64,000 nt of DNA from Candidatus Terraquivivens yellowstonensis. GTDB lineage: Archaea; Thermoproteota; Nitrososphaeria_A; Caldarchaeales; Wolframiiraptoraceae. The notes under the pieces were generated by a model. The model was not told the DNA's origin. It ran no database searches and was given only the letters and a program-made list of their open reading frames with translations. The DNA lies in assembly GCA_023539445.1 (NCBI GenBank), contig JAKCEW010000004.1, positions 16,741-80,740 of the forward strand, written 5' to 3'. The translations under genes were made by a program, and so were the position numbers. This document shows positions 20,809-30,438 of this stretch, one piece after another. Within the stretch, counting starts at the first letter, position 1. The number at the start of each line of letters is the position of its first letter.

Positions 20809-22601
20809 GTTTTATTCACCTCCATATTAGCCAACACGTTGATTGGTATTGATATTGCAGGCGGCCTTTGTCTAGCTATGCCTACCACATTGGGGCTTAA
20901 ACTTGCAATATGTGCTATATACAACGCTGAATTGACGAGGCATAATCTGCCCTGACATCTGGCCGTGCCGATTCCAGTAGCACGTTTCACCTTCTCAAGA
21001 CATGCAAAGCCATAGACGGATACAACGCGATGTAGATCCCATAACCTAATATCTTCGCAGAAGCAAATAAACGCATCCCTTCTTGGTCCTGAGCAGAACA
21101 GCGTCGGTGGTTCGGCTATCTTCTCATCTGGTATAACACCTGTTTCAAAAGACTTGAATACCTTCTCTTTGAGATTGCTTATGCCAAACTTTTGGAGCAG
21201 CGATCCATATTCTTTCGCGAGTACCTCACGTTCAGCTTCAGCACCTTTTTTATTTAATATGACGGCAGCAGATAGTCCTGCGATCCTTCCCTCGATCGCA
21301 TGAAGTATTCCATAAGGCGAACCGGAGGCGCCCCCTGCTACAAAGAGGCCGTTTTTCGACGTTCTCATAAAAGGATCGTGTATCGGTACGAAGCCAAGCC
21401 CTTTGATGTAGGCTATTTTGGCACCAGCTTGGGCAGAAATCCTTATGTCGGGGTTTGTGGAAGTTGCACAAACTACACAATCAACGTTTAACCTAAGCTC
21501 TTCTCCTTCGCGCTTTACCTCAAGAGCTTCGACTCTATCCTTTCCTATTGCGACAATTTCCTTCACACCATCTATGATGGCATCCTTACCAGCACCACCT
21601 TTTGACTTATCCAGTATTATCGTGTTGACGGCATACTTCTTTAGATGCTCTGCCAGTCTTAAGCCACGCTCCGTGGCTCCCAATATGGCCACATTCTTTC
21701 CTGCGACGACACCGTGCATGTTTAACATCTTGAGAGCGGATGAGACGTCTATTATTCCCGGAAGGTCATTGTTAGCGAATATGCACGGTAAATCTACGGC
21801 GCCCGTGGCAACAACATAAGCCTTAGCCGATATTAGGTAAGACGTTCCACCACCAGGTGGATAAGGTGAGAATGCGAGTGCAGCATCCTCGAAGAAGCCA
21901 ACGAACGTGGTTCTTGTAAGGACCTTCACGCCAAGCTCGAGCGCTTTTTTCCTCAGGTTTCTTGCAAATATGCAACCAGGCTCCGATATGCCAGGCGGTT
22001 CTAACTCGTCGCACAACATTTCTCCGCCAAGCTCGACACCATCATCTATTTGAAGAACCTCAAGACCGTGCCTTCTAGCTTCTATGGCCGCTGAAAGGCC
22101 CGCCACGCCTCCACCAATTACCACCAAATCGGCCTTCTCTACGATTGTTGGAACAGCGCGTGGTGTTTCGTACTCGACCAGTTCAGGATTGTTGATACTA
22201 TTTGCGATGAATTTTAAAGCAATAGGCCAGAGTAACCTATTCTTCACGATGGGCTTATGGAGCAGGCTTGTGTCTATCATAGACTCGAAAAAACGTACTG
22301 AGAGGGGTCTTTTTTGTTGAGTGTAAACGTTAAGACCTTCTGTTAGATAAATTTCAGACGGATTCATGGCAGGCATGCCGTTTACATTGACCGTTACCGT
22401 TCTAGCTTGTGGATGTAGACTGAAGAATCCACGGGGTCTGTAGAGCTTTTTACTCCTGTCAAAAGATTTTATACCATTAGCATACAATGCAACACTTATT
22501 GACTCTGATGTAAAGCCTTTTATGCTTATGCCGTTAACTTTAATGGTAACGACCGCACCACTGCTACCTATTGTCGGCTCCTTAACACGTAAAGCACTCA
22601 T
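20805..22601 (-). CDS. Sarcosine-oxidase-alpha / proline-dehydrogenase-alpha-like FAD/NAD(P)-binding oxidoreductase with N-terminal 2Fe-2S-like domain and C-terminal Cys cluster
   Basis: 598 aa; two Rossmann GxGxxG motifs (VVIGGGVAGLSAA; VAILGATERG), C-terminal CxxC...C cluster (DAFICFCEDI...CQGRLC). Confidence 0.5.
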   Translation of the reverse strand: MSALRVKEPTIGSSGAVVTIKVNGISIKGFTSESISVALYANGIKSFDRSKKLYRPRGFFSLHPQARTVTVNVNGMPAMNPSEIYLTEGLNVYTQQKRPLSVRFFESMIDTSLLHKPIVKNRLLWPIALKFIANSINNPELVEYETPRAVPTIVEKADLVVIGGGVAGLSAAIEARRHGLEVLQIDDGVELGGEMLCDELEPPGISEPGCIFARNLRKKALELGVKVLTRTTFVGFFEDAALAFSPYPPGGGTSYLISAKAYVVATGAVDLPCIFANNDLPGIIDVSSALKMLNMHGVVAGKNVAILGATERGLRLAEHLKKYAVNTIILDKSKGGAGKDAIIDGVKEIVAIGKDRVEALEVKREGEELRLNVDCVVCATSTNPDIRISAQAGAKIAYIKGLGFVPIHDPFMRTSKNGLFVAGGASGSPYGILHAIEGRIAGLSAAVILNKKGAEAEREVLAKEYGSLLQKFGISNLKEKVFKSFETGVIPDEKIAEPPTLFCSGPRRDAFICFCEDIRLWDLHRVVSVYGFACLEKVKRATGIGTARCQGRLCLVNSALYIAHIASLSPNVVGIARQRPPAISIPINVLANMEVNKT

Positions 22602-22698
22602 GCTTTTAGGCTTGGTGGCTCGATTTAAAAAGCTTTTTTAAGTAACGTTATCTACGCATTAAACTAATAAATCGTGATCAAGACCTCGGTGAAATTGG

Positions 22699-23589
22699 AT
22701 GAAGGGTTCTTGGTCAACTCTGGTTAGTTACTGGCAAGTTACAAAGCCGCGCACATGGTTCCTTCTAACATTCACCGGATTTTGTAGTGCCATAGTTGGT
22801 TTCGGAGTTTCTGGAAAAAGCATAGATTGGTACATCGTCATGCTAGCAACTTTAGCTGTTACCTTAGGTTCAGCAGGAGCTAACGCGATCACGTGCTACA
22901 TAGATAGGGATATTGACGCAGTAATGGATAGAACCAAAATGAGACCATTACCAGCTGGCAAGATAAGACCGGCCGAAAAAGCACTTTACTTTGGCCTCGC
23001 TCTTTCAACAATAGCTGTTGGGATCTCGTTAATGCTTAACCTCATATGCTTTGGCTTAATGCTTTTCGGGCTAATAGATAACATCTTGATTTACAGCAAG
23101 TGGTTAAAACGTCGAAACCCCATTAACATAATAGCTGGTGGCTTCTCAGGCGGTGCACCAGCTATGATAGGATACTCAGCGGCTACAACCGAAAACCTCG
23201 CTCTTGGTTTAGTAATCGCCGCACTCGTCGTTCTGTGGATACCCACACATATTTGGAGCCTCGCACTCAGGTATAAGGAGGATTACGCAAAGGTCAAGGT
23301 CCCCATGTTACCCGTAGTCGTGCCCGAAAAAGTAGCCATAAGGTGCATAGTATCTACCAGCATCTTGATGGTAATGTTCAGCCTCGTGCCGGTTCTTATG
23401 GGTGTTTTTCGAGCGTTATATATGATGGTGGTACTCATTTTTGGTGTAGCGATTTTGCTCATTAACTTCTTGCTCGCCATAAGGCCGAATGCCAAGAGAG
23501 CATGGTTGGTGTTTAAGCTGTCAAGTCCTTACTTAGCTGTCCTATTCATGAGTATGGTCCTTGATGTTTTCTTTCCAATTCATCTATAG
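22699..23589 (+). CDS. ctaB: Protoheme IX farnesyltransferase (heme O synthase, UbiA family)
   Basis: 296 aa polytopic; NAITCYIDRDIDAVMDRTKMRPLPAG (DxDxxMxRTxxRPLP) signature. Confidence 0.8.
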   Translation: MKGSWSTLVSYWQVTKPRTWFLLTFTGFCSAIVGFGVSGKSIDWYIVMLATLAVTLGSAGANAITCYIDRDIDAVMDRTKMRPLPAGKIRPAEKALYFGLALSTIAVGISLMLNLICFGLMLFGLIDNILIYSKWLKRRNPINIIAGGFSGGAPAMIGYSAATTENLALGLVIAALVVLWIPTHIWSLALRYKEDYAKVKVPMLPVVVPEKVAIRCIVSTSILMVMFSLVPVLMGVFRALYMMVVLIFGVAILLINFLLAIRPNAKRAWLVFKLSSPYLAVLFMSMVLDVFFPIHL

Positions 23590-24248
23590 CTCATTGTCCT
23601 ATCTGGTTTAATCGCCGAAAGAATGTATTCAACGAAATGCGATTCTGGTAAGGCACCTTCAAAGGAAAAAGTGTCATTTATGATGGTCTTAGGAACTGCC
23701 ATAACGTCGTATTTATTCGCGAGCTGTGGGAACTCTATAGCCTCTATCATATCGGCCCTGATGAACTCGTTCTCAATTGCCAGCTGATGCGCAACTCTTA
23801 CAGCCCTAGGACAGTATGGACAAGTGGGCGTTACGAATACCTGAATATGTACAGGTTCCCTTATACTTTTAATTTTTTCTTTTATCGTAGGCTGAAGTCT
23901 TGTCGTCCCTCTCGATGCATCTATTATAGTATCAATCAGGGCCGGGAATTCGTAACCCATCGGCAGACCAAAGAACCTTATGCCATATTCGCGAATACCG
24001 AATACTGCTGTTGCCGGTATCTTGTCTATCCCCCACTTTTGTGCTTTATCGTAATCCTTTTCAAAATCAAATACCTCGAGCTTTATCTTATCCGAAAGCG
24101 ATGCTATGTCTTCCATAAGTTCTCTATTTGTTGCACAATATTCACACTCAAAATCTTGAGTGAAGACAACAAGCCTAACATCTTTTTCCAAATCTCTACT
24201 GAGCTTTTCTGAAATGAGCTTTTTCTCCCTTTCTTTCAGGACGGGCAT
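23580..24248 (-). CDS. Protein disulfide oxidoreductase (two thioredoxin-fold units, CEYC and CPYC active sites)
   Basis: 222 aa; two CxxC motifs in glutaredoxin-like contexts, as in archaeal PDO. Confidence 0.7.
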   Translation of the reverse strand: MPVLKEREKKLISEKLSRDLEKDVRLVVFTQDFECEYCATNRELMEDIASLSDKIKLEVFDFEKDYDKAQKWGIDKIPATAVFGIREYGIRFFGLPMGYEFPALIDTIIDASRGTTRLQPTIKEKIKSIREPVHIQVFVTPTCPYCPRAVRVAHQLAIENEFIRADMIEAIEFPQLANKYDVMAVPKTIINDTFSFEGALPESHFVEYILSAIKPDRTMSYR

Positions 24249-24281
24249 CGAAATGAATATTTATGGACCAAACTTATAAAT

Positions 24282-24704
24282 CTAGCGCCCCTCATCTATG
24301 GCTTCATTAGCAAGCTCATCGGCTAGCTTGTTCGATTCTCTAGGTATATGAAAATACTCAATATCAAGCAACCTCTCCAACTCTTTCACCTTGGAGTATA
24401 ACTTGCTAAGCCTTGCCTCCTTAACGGAGAATTCACCCTTAAGTTGTTTTATTATCAGCTCGCTGTCGGAGAAGACTTTAACCCTCTTTGCATTAATCCC
24501 TATTGCTAGCTTTAACCCTTCCAAGAGCGCTAAGTATTCTGCCTCATTATTTGTTTTATTTCCGATAAACTTCTTAAGACAAATAGTCTTGGAGTCAAAC
24601 TTAAGAACTACACCTATGCCTGCGGGTCCGGGATTGCCCCTAGATGCGCCATCAACATATATCTCGGCTTCAGTAGGCTCTTGAGTGCCTTGGTTTGTTT
24701 GCAA
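24282..24704 (-). CDS. rnhA: Ribonuclease HI
   Basis: 140 aa; IYVDGASRGNPGPAGIGVV, NNEAEYLALLEGL, DSELII motifs (DEDD catalytic residues). Confidence 0.8.
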   Translation of the reverse strand: MQTNQGTQEPTEAEIYVDGASRGNPGPAGIGVVLKFDSKTICLKKFIGNKTNNEAEYLALLEGLKLAIGINAKRVKVFSDSELIIKQLKGEFSVKEARLSKLYSKVKELERLLDIEYFHIPRESNKLADELANEAIDEGR

Positions 24705-24711
24705 ACAACAT

Positions 24712-27099
24712 TTACCCTAGAGTTCGGTTTTTGGACTTTGTCAGCTCGTTAAGCTTTTCCAAGATTATCTTCTGCTCTATACTGGCGACAAGTTGCTTCG
24801 TTTTGATTACCACGTCTGGATTTACACTTATCGAATCGATGCCGCATCTAACTAGGAATTCTGTGAACTCCGGATAAACGCTAGGTGCCTGTCCGCATAT
24901 TGAAACCGTGACGTTATTTTCGTGTGCAACCTTTATCAGATGTTCTATAGCTCTTAGGACTGCCGGGTCCCTCTCATCAAAGTATCTGGCGTCTATACTA
25001 GGAAGTATCGCAGAGTCTCTATCGGTTGCCAATATAAACTGAGTAAGGTCGTTGGAACCTATGCTAAAACCATCACACAACTTGCTAAACTCGTCTGCCA
25101 TGAGTATTGTACTCGGGACCTCTGCCATAAGCCATACCTTGAAGTCCCTACCTCTCTCGAGTCCCTCCTCTTTCATTATCTCCAAGACCCTATTTACCTC
25201 CCACACAGTTCTCGCCATAGGTATCATGACCCAAACGTTCTTCAGACCCCACTCATCCCTAACTTTCTTAATGGCTTTACATTCAAGTCTAAACGCCTTT
25301 TCGTATCCTTTGCTTATGTACCTCGCCGCTCCCCTCCATCCCATCATCGGATTTGCCTCTTCAACTTCGTACTTCTCTCCGCCCTTCAATTCTCTGTACT
25401 CATTCGTCTTAAAGTCCGAAAACCTGACCACAACTGGCCTAGGTTGTATTGCCCTAGCAACTTTCGCGATACCCTCCGCTAACTTCTCCACAAACTTTTC
25501 AGGCTGTCCTATTTCGATGAGGTAATTTGGATGCTCACCTATGTATGAGGCCAGTATGAATTCTATGCGCATTAAACCTATTCCGTCAAAGGGCAAATCT
25601 GCATACTCATCTATCTTTTCTGGAACGCCAAGGTTCATCATTATCTTTGTGGCCGTGACCGGTACACTAACCAAGGATACCGGGGCACCAGAGGGAGCGG
25701 CTGTAGGAGTTGGCGGTTTAGCCAACAGTTCCTCTACAGCACCTTCATATACTACGCCTGATTTAGCATCAACAGTATAAATCTGCCCATCCACCATGGT
25801 CTCGGTAGCATCACCAGTACCTACTATACAAGGTATGCCTAACTCTCTTGAAACTATGGCTGCATGACACGTCATTCCACCTTCTGAGGTTACTATTGCC
25901 GACGCTATCCTCATTGCGGGTACCCAGTCAGGCGACGTCATCCGTGTAACCAGTATGTCACCCTTTCTCATCCGCCCTATCTCCTTAACGTCTAGGATCA
26001 CCCTAGCTGTTCCGATAGCAATGCCAGGGCTTGCTGGCAAGCCTTTTGTGACAACTTTCTTAGCAACCGCTACAGTTTCCGATGATGTAGGGGATTCTGC
26101 AACAGCTTTCTGGGACCACACAGTCTCAGGTCTGGATTGGACTATGAACACATTGTATGGGAACGGGACGTCCATATCTATGCTCCATTCTATGTCCTGT
26201 GGTGTGCCGTAATGTTCTTCGATGCGGATGGCAAGCTCTGCAAGCCTGTATATCTCCTCATCAGTTAAGCACGGTACGTTCTGCTTTGAAAGCGGAACCT
26301 CACGCTTCTCCGTACCGCCTCTTGGACTGTAAACAACCTCGATAGTTTTCCTCGCAACCTTCTTTTCAATTATCTTTAGCGTCTTTTTGTCAACTACGTA
26401 TACATCGGGCGTGGCCTCCCCGCTCACTACAGATTCACCAAGCCCCCAATTAGCTTCAATCAATATCCTTGATCTGTCGCCCGTGACTGGGTGCAACGTA
26501 AACATTACACCAGAAGCTTTTGCATTAACCATCTTCTGAACGACTACGCATAGGTACACACTCATGTGATCGAATCCTTTCTCATGCCTATAAAAGGTCG
26601 CCCTAGACGTGAATAAGCTTGCCCAACATTTCTTAACGCTTTCCAATAACTGCGCTTCGCCCCTAACGTTTAGGTAAGTCTCCTGCTGTCCAGCAAAGCT
26701 GGCCAACGATAAATCCTCAGCGGTCGCACTTGACCTCACAGCCACTGGGGGGTCAACCATACCTAATTTCTCGGCCAATCTCCTGTATGCTGCTACTATT
26801 TCCACCTCCAATTCTTTGGGGATTTCTTGTTTTAATATGAGCTCCCTTATTTCCTTGGTTTTTTCTTCTATCGACTCGGGGTTTGAAAAATCTATTTCAC
26901 TCACTATCTCGCGTATTTGCTCGGTAATACCAGCTTTCTCCATAAAATACTTGTATGCGTATGCTGTTACTGTAAAGCCAGGGGGTACAGGTATTCCCAG
27001 TCTTAACATTTCACCTAAGTTTGCTCCCTTACCTCCAACAAGGGGCACATCCTCCTTAGTTATCGACTCCAATTCGAGTATGAACGCTCTCTCTTTCAT
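24712..27099 (-). CDS. ppsA: Phosphoenolpyruvate synthase (pyruvate, water dikinase)
   Basis: 795 aa; PEP-utilising enzyme mobile domain (GGMTCHAAIVSRELGIPCIVG) and C-terminal PEP/pyruvate TIM barrel. Confidence 0.9.
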   Translation of the reverse strand: MKERAFILELESITKEDVPLVGGKGANLGEMLRLGIPVPPGFTVTAYAYKYFMEKAGITEQIREIVSEIDFSNPESIEEKTKEIRELILKQEIPKELEVEIVAAYRRLAEKLGMVDPPVAVRSSATAEDLSLASFAGQQETYLNVRGEAQLLESVKKCWASLFTSRATFYRHEKGFDHMSVYLCVVVQKMVNAKASGVMFTLHPVTGDRSRILIEANWGLGESVVSGEATPDVYVVDKKTLKIIEKKVARKTIEVVYSPRGGTEKREVPLSKQNVPCLTDEEIYRLAELAIRIEEHYGTPQDIEWSIDMDVPFPYNVFIVQSRPETVWSQKAVAESPTSSETVAVAKKVVTKGLPASPGIAIGTARVILDVKEIGRMRKGDILVTRMTSPDWVPAMRIASAIVTSEGGMTCHAAIVSRELGIPCIVGTGDATETMVDGQIYTVDAKSGVVYEGAVEELLAKPPTPTAAPSGAPVSLVSVPVTATKIMMNLGVPEKIDEYADLPFDGIGLMRIEFILASYIGEHPNYLIEIGQPEKFVEKLAEGIAKVARAIQPRPVVVRFSDFKTNEYRELKGGEKYEVEEANPMMGWRGAARYISKGYEKAFRLECKAIKKVRDEWGLKNVWVMIPMARTVWEVNRVLEIMKEEGLERGRDFKVWLMAEVPSTILMADEFSKLCDGFSIGSNDLTQFILATDRDSAILPSIDARYFDERDPAVLRAIEHLIKVAHENNVTVSICGQAPSVYPEFTEFLVRCGIDSISVNPDVVIKTKQLVASIEQKIILEKLNELTKSKNRTLG

Positions 27100-27150
27100 T
27101 CTTCTTTTTCCCCATAACTATAGTAGAAAAATACAACCCCTAGATAACTT

Positions 27151-27675
27151 TTAAGCGTTTAGTTGAGAAGCTGTTTTTAGTTTTCCCAACTCGTTAATAA
27201 CTATCCTATAGCTTTTAGGAAGCTTTTTTGAGGCAAGCTCTAGGGCCTCCTTGGCCGCATTAACGCCATTTTCGTATACGAGTACTCTGAAGACGGGTTT
27301 TCCGGGTTCCAGCCTTGCAGCCCTTCCTATCGGTTTCCCAAAAGCTCTCCTCATGCCCTCTTGTAATCTATCTGCATGCGCTCCGAAGATCATCTTGTTT
27401 TCTCTTAAAACGATGTGTGGATGGGCCTTAAGTTCTAGGAAATAATTCTCACCTAATTTGGCGCTAAGGGTCTTTCCTATAGCCACCCTAGCAGACTCTA
27501 GGGCCACATCCCTAACCTGAAGTTCTTCGAGCGCTACAAGTTCGAGTTCGTGTGTATAGTCTTCTCTATAAGTCCCCATCGTGTACTTGCTTATTTTTGG
27601 CTCGGGCGCACCGTGAATATATTCCTCCCTCGTGTAGGGCATACCTTCCGTTCTACGGTAGTTTCTAGCTTTCAT
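27151..27675 (-). CDS. rpl10e: 50S ribosomal protein L10e (uL16)
   Basis: 174 aa; ARNYRRTEGMPYTREEYIHG N-terminus. Confidence 0.9.
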   Translation of the reverse strand: MKARNYRRTEGMPYTREEYIHGAPEPKISKYTMGTYREDYTHELELVALEELQVRDVALESARVAIGKTLSAKLGENYFLELKAHPHIVLRENKMIFGAHADRLQEGMRRAFGKPIGRAARLEPGKPVFRVLVYENGVNAAKEALELASKKLPKSYRIVINELGKLKTASQLNA

Positions 27676-27757
27676 TTATCTATCCCTTTGCCTATTATTG
27701 CGGGAATCAGTCGCTAATTAATCTTTACTAGAAAACGATTCGTTTTATAAATCTTAT

Positions 27758-28387
27758 TTAGTTTGACGTCATTCCTTTTCTGAAGAACCTTTCCGAAGTA
27801 AAGCTAGATGGTTCCCGAACCAGTAAGAAATAACCACCGCTCCGACTAGTCAACTCATCCATTATTCTTTTTGTAATTGCCTTTACGGGATCCGGAATCC
27901 CGCCTCTCTCATGTAGATCCTTAAAGGATTCAAAAGGTTTTTTCTCCCTTTCTTCCAAAATCTTTTGCATAGATTTCTTACCGATGCCGGGTATCAGCTC
28001 AAGCGCGTGAAGTCTTGGTGATACAGGCGTGCATGTATTAAAGAACTCTACGAATCTTTTCTCATTACTCTGAACTATCTTTTGGATGGCGTTCTCTAAT
28101 TCTATTTTGGCATTCTCGGTAAGCTCATCATAGCTTATACGACCAAGTATCCTTAAGATGTTTCTCGGAACATCTTTACCTATGTAAAACCTTATGCCTA
28201 CGCGTGGCCTATAGTTCTCGTTTATAGCCGCCTCTAGAAGGGTGAAGTATTCTTCGCCTAACAATTGGACAAGTAACTCTCCCCTATGTATATTTACACG
28301 ACGAGCTGAGCTCCTGAGAAGTGTCGCATCAATCACATCCAATACGTAAGCATAATCCTCGTATTTCTTCTGCTTTTGCAGATGCAA
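27758..28387 (-). CDS. DUF655/COG1491-type predicted nucleic-acid-binding protein (OB fold + HhH)
   Basis: 209 aa; sits between L10e and rpoF/L21e, a conserved archaeal neighbourhood for this family; HhH-like segment LELIPGIGKKSMQKI. Confidence 0.5.
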   Translation of the reverse strand: MHLQKQKKYEDYAYVLDVIDATLLRSSARRVNIHRGELLVQLLGEEYFTLLEAAINENYRPRVGIRFYIGKDVPRNILRILGRISYDELTENAKIELENAIQKIVQSNEKRFVEFFNTCTPVSPRLHALELIPGIGKKSMQKILEEREKKPFESFKDLHERGGIPDPVKAITKRIMDELTSRSGGYFLLVREPSSFTSERFFRKGMTSN

Positions 28388-28417
28388 ATCCCCCTTTAAC
28401 GTCTTAACCTTATAAAT

Positions 28418-28789
28418 TCAAATTTGTTGCTTACTTGCTTCTAAAGCTTGCTTAACAAGGCTCAGTATGCCGCTCATCTTTTCTTCAGAAAAGAGCAAAA
28501 ACGATACGAGACGGCGGTAACCGCTCAAGATTGTTCTGAGCTCGTCAATGGTCTCGGGGCATATGTCAGCAACTTGGACCGCCTCTTCTCTTTCGAGTCC
28601 ATATTCGTTCATGAGCTTATTGATGAGTATCTCAGCCTGCTCGGGAGTTAATTTTGAATACTTTCTTGCGTAGCTTAGTGTTTTCAGTTGAAGGGGGTTT
28701 AAGTATTGCTCCCTCTCCTCTAAGATTCTCTTGACTTCAGCGATCGGTATAGGTTTAGAATTCAATATTTTCCTCGGCAACTCAGCCAC
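28418..28789 (-). CDS. rpoF: DNA-directed RNA polymerase subunit F (Rpo4)
   Basis: 123 aa; Rpo4/RpoF-like helical protein directly upstream of L21e (conserved gene order). Confidence 0.65.
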   Translation of the reverse strand: MAELPRKILNSKPIPIAEVKRILEEREQYLNPLQLKTLSYARKYSKLTPEQAEILINKLMNEYGLEREEAVQVADICPETIDELRTILSGYRRLVSFLLFSEEKMSGILSLVKQALEASKQQI

Positions 28790-29078
28790 CTTCCCAAGGC
28801 CTGATGTGGTCTGGTAAGATAGTTAACTTCTTCAACTTATCTCCTAACATAAGAGAGACCTCGTATGCATTGCCCTTTCTCGATATTATCGTGCCTACTT
28901 TACCGTAAAACCTTTTATGTGGCATCCCTTTCTGAACGGCCGGATCAACAACTATCAACACTTTATCGCCAGGATTGTATTCCCTAAGGTATATGTCTGG
29001 CCTTGGACCGCTCCGCGAGCCATATTTCTTCCTAAGTAGCTGCCTAGTTCTAACCCTGTAACCGTGCGAATTGGGCAT
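28782..29078 (-). CDS. rpl21e: 50S ribosomal protein L21e
   Basis: 98 aa; MPNSHGYRVRTRQLLRKKYGSRSGP...GDKV...VVDPAVQKGMPHKRFYGKVG. Confidence 0.9.
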   Translation of the reverse strand: MPNSHGYRVRTRQLLRKKYGSRSGPRPDIYLREYNPGDKVLIVVDPAVQKGMPHKRFYGKVGTIISRKGNAYEVSLMLGDKLKKLTILPDHIRPWEGG

Positions 29079-29086
29079 ACCAGCCT

Positions 29087-30415
29087 TTACCCCTCCACTT
29101 CTAGGACTGAAAGGGTAATATTTATCGGTGCGGTTCCTAGGGCGTCAGCTATATTAGGTACAGTCCTCCCACAATCCCCGTTTATCAATTCTTTTATGTA
29201 AAGACCTCCCTGTGCCTTTATCTTGAACTCGACGACCCTATCTCCCTTCTTTTCAGCCTCTATGAAATAAAGATACTTTTTCCTGATCTTATCGTTTCTA
29301 CGGAGAATCCTGCTCGGTGTTCTTTGATGTATCAATATGTTCCTGAATTTCTCACAAACCTCTCTTAGCTTATTCTCATCCACACTAGAGTCAAATTCAA
29401 CAAGTGCAACATATGTTTTTGATGCGATTGCCGATTTCGCTTTCATATCCCTCACATCTTTTTTTGTTGCATAAGATAGAGACATTACCTCAACCTTGCC
29501 CTTTGCATGTTCGTTTATGATATCCTGTAACTGGTTAAGTTGAACGAACCTCTTTCTTGGTGATTTTAACTCAAGAATGAAAGGCCTTCCAGTCCCAAGG
29601 ACCGTTACGTCCACATCTTCCCTTCCTGCTGCATGGAACTTGTAGTCGAGAGCTTCGAAGAGGCTTAAGGCTGGTTCCCCTATAAGCTCGCTAATAGAAT
29701 CTGGGTATTCCCTCCCAGTATGGCCACAAGCATCGCACCCCCTGCCCCGACATTTTCTGCATATCCATGGTGCTTGAGGTATGTTAGGTTGCAACTTTCT
29801 GTAATAACCCTTGACGAACAGAGGGTTTGATTTAATTGTGAACACTCCTGAAAAAATGTCTACGAGTACGGTGATATCTGGTGTAGCAAACTCAACGGGC
29901 TTTTTCATTGTTACTTCAATAATTTTTCCTATTTCCCTCGTTATGTCACTCTTAATCTCCTCACCGAAGGTCAATGCAAACTCAGCCTTTATTTGATCAT
30001 CCTTTTCCTTTACATGAGCTGGGACGGATGCGCCTATTAGAAAGTTCGAAAACTCGTATCCTTTTAAATCTTCCATTATCTCTTCGGCTATCCGACGAAA
30101 GTTATCGTCATTTAATTTACCTTCGCATATATAACATGTTTTGGTTTCGTCAATCTGGTAATTGAGCGCCTTAGCAAGCTTTCTAGCATGCCTGTTCATA
30201 CCATTTTCAGCGATGACTTTTAAAACATCCGCTGCATCTTTATCATTCATAAGTAACCTAAAGTTCGCCTCCATCGCCAACGCAACTTTAAGAGCTTCAC
30301 CCCTTACCTTGTTGCCAACACCAGACAATAGCCTTGCAAACTGCCTTCCTAGGCAGTAATCACAAAGCGCATACTTTTGTAGCATCCTATAGGCTAAGTC
30401 GAGTATTCCTTCCAT
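29087..30415 (-). CDS. pus10: tRNA pseudouridine(54/55) synthase Pus10
   Basis: 442 aa; N-terminal Zn ribbon (CDYC...CYIC), THUMP-like middle, catalytic GREDVDVTVLGTGRPFILE motif. Confidence 0.8.
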   Translation of the reverse strand: MEGILDLAYRMLQKYALCDYCLGRQFARLLSGVGNKVRGEALKVALAMEANFRLLMNDKDAADVLKVIAENGMNRHARKLAKALNYQIDETKTCYICEGKLNDDNFRRIAEEIMEDLKGYEFSNFLIGASVPAHVKEKDDQIKAEFALTFGEEIKSDITREIGKIIEVTMKKPVEFATPDITVLVDIFSGVFTIKSNPLFVKGYYRKLQPNIPQAPWICRKCRGRGCDACGHTGREYPDSISELIGEPALSLFEALDYKFHAAGREDVDVTVLGTGRPFILELKSPRKRFVQLNQLQDIINEHAKGKVEVMSLSYATKKDVRDMKAKSAIASKTYVALVEFDSSVDENKLREVCEKFRNILIHQRTPSRILRRNDKIRKKYLYFIEAEKKGDRVVEFKIKAQGGLYIKELINGDCGRTVPNIADALGTAPINITLSVLEVEG

Positions 30416-30438
30416 TTCTACTCACCAGCTTTGCGAAT

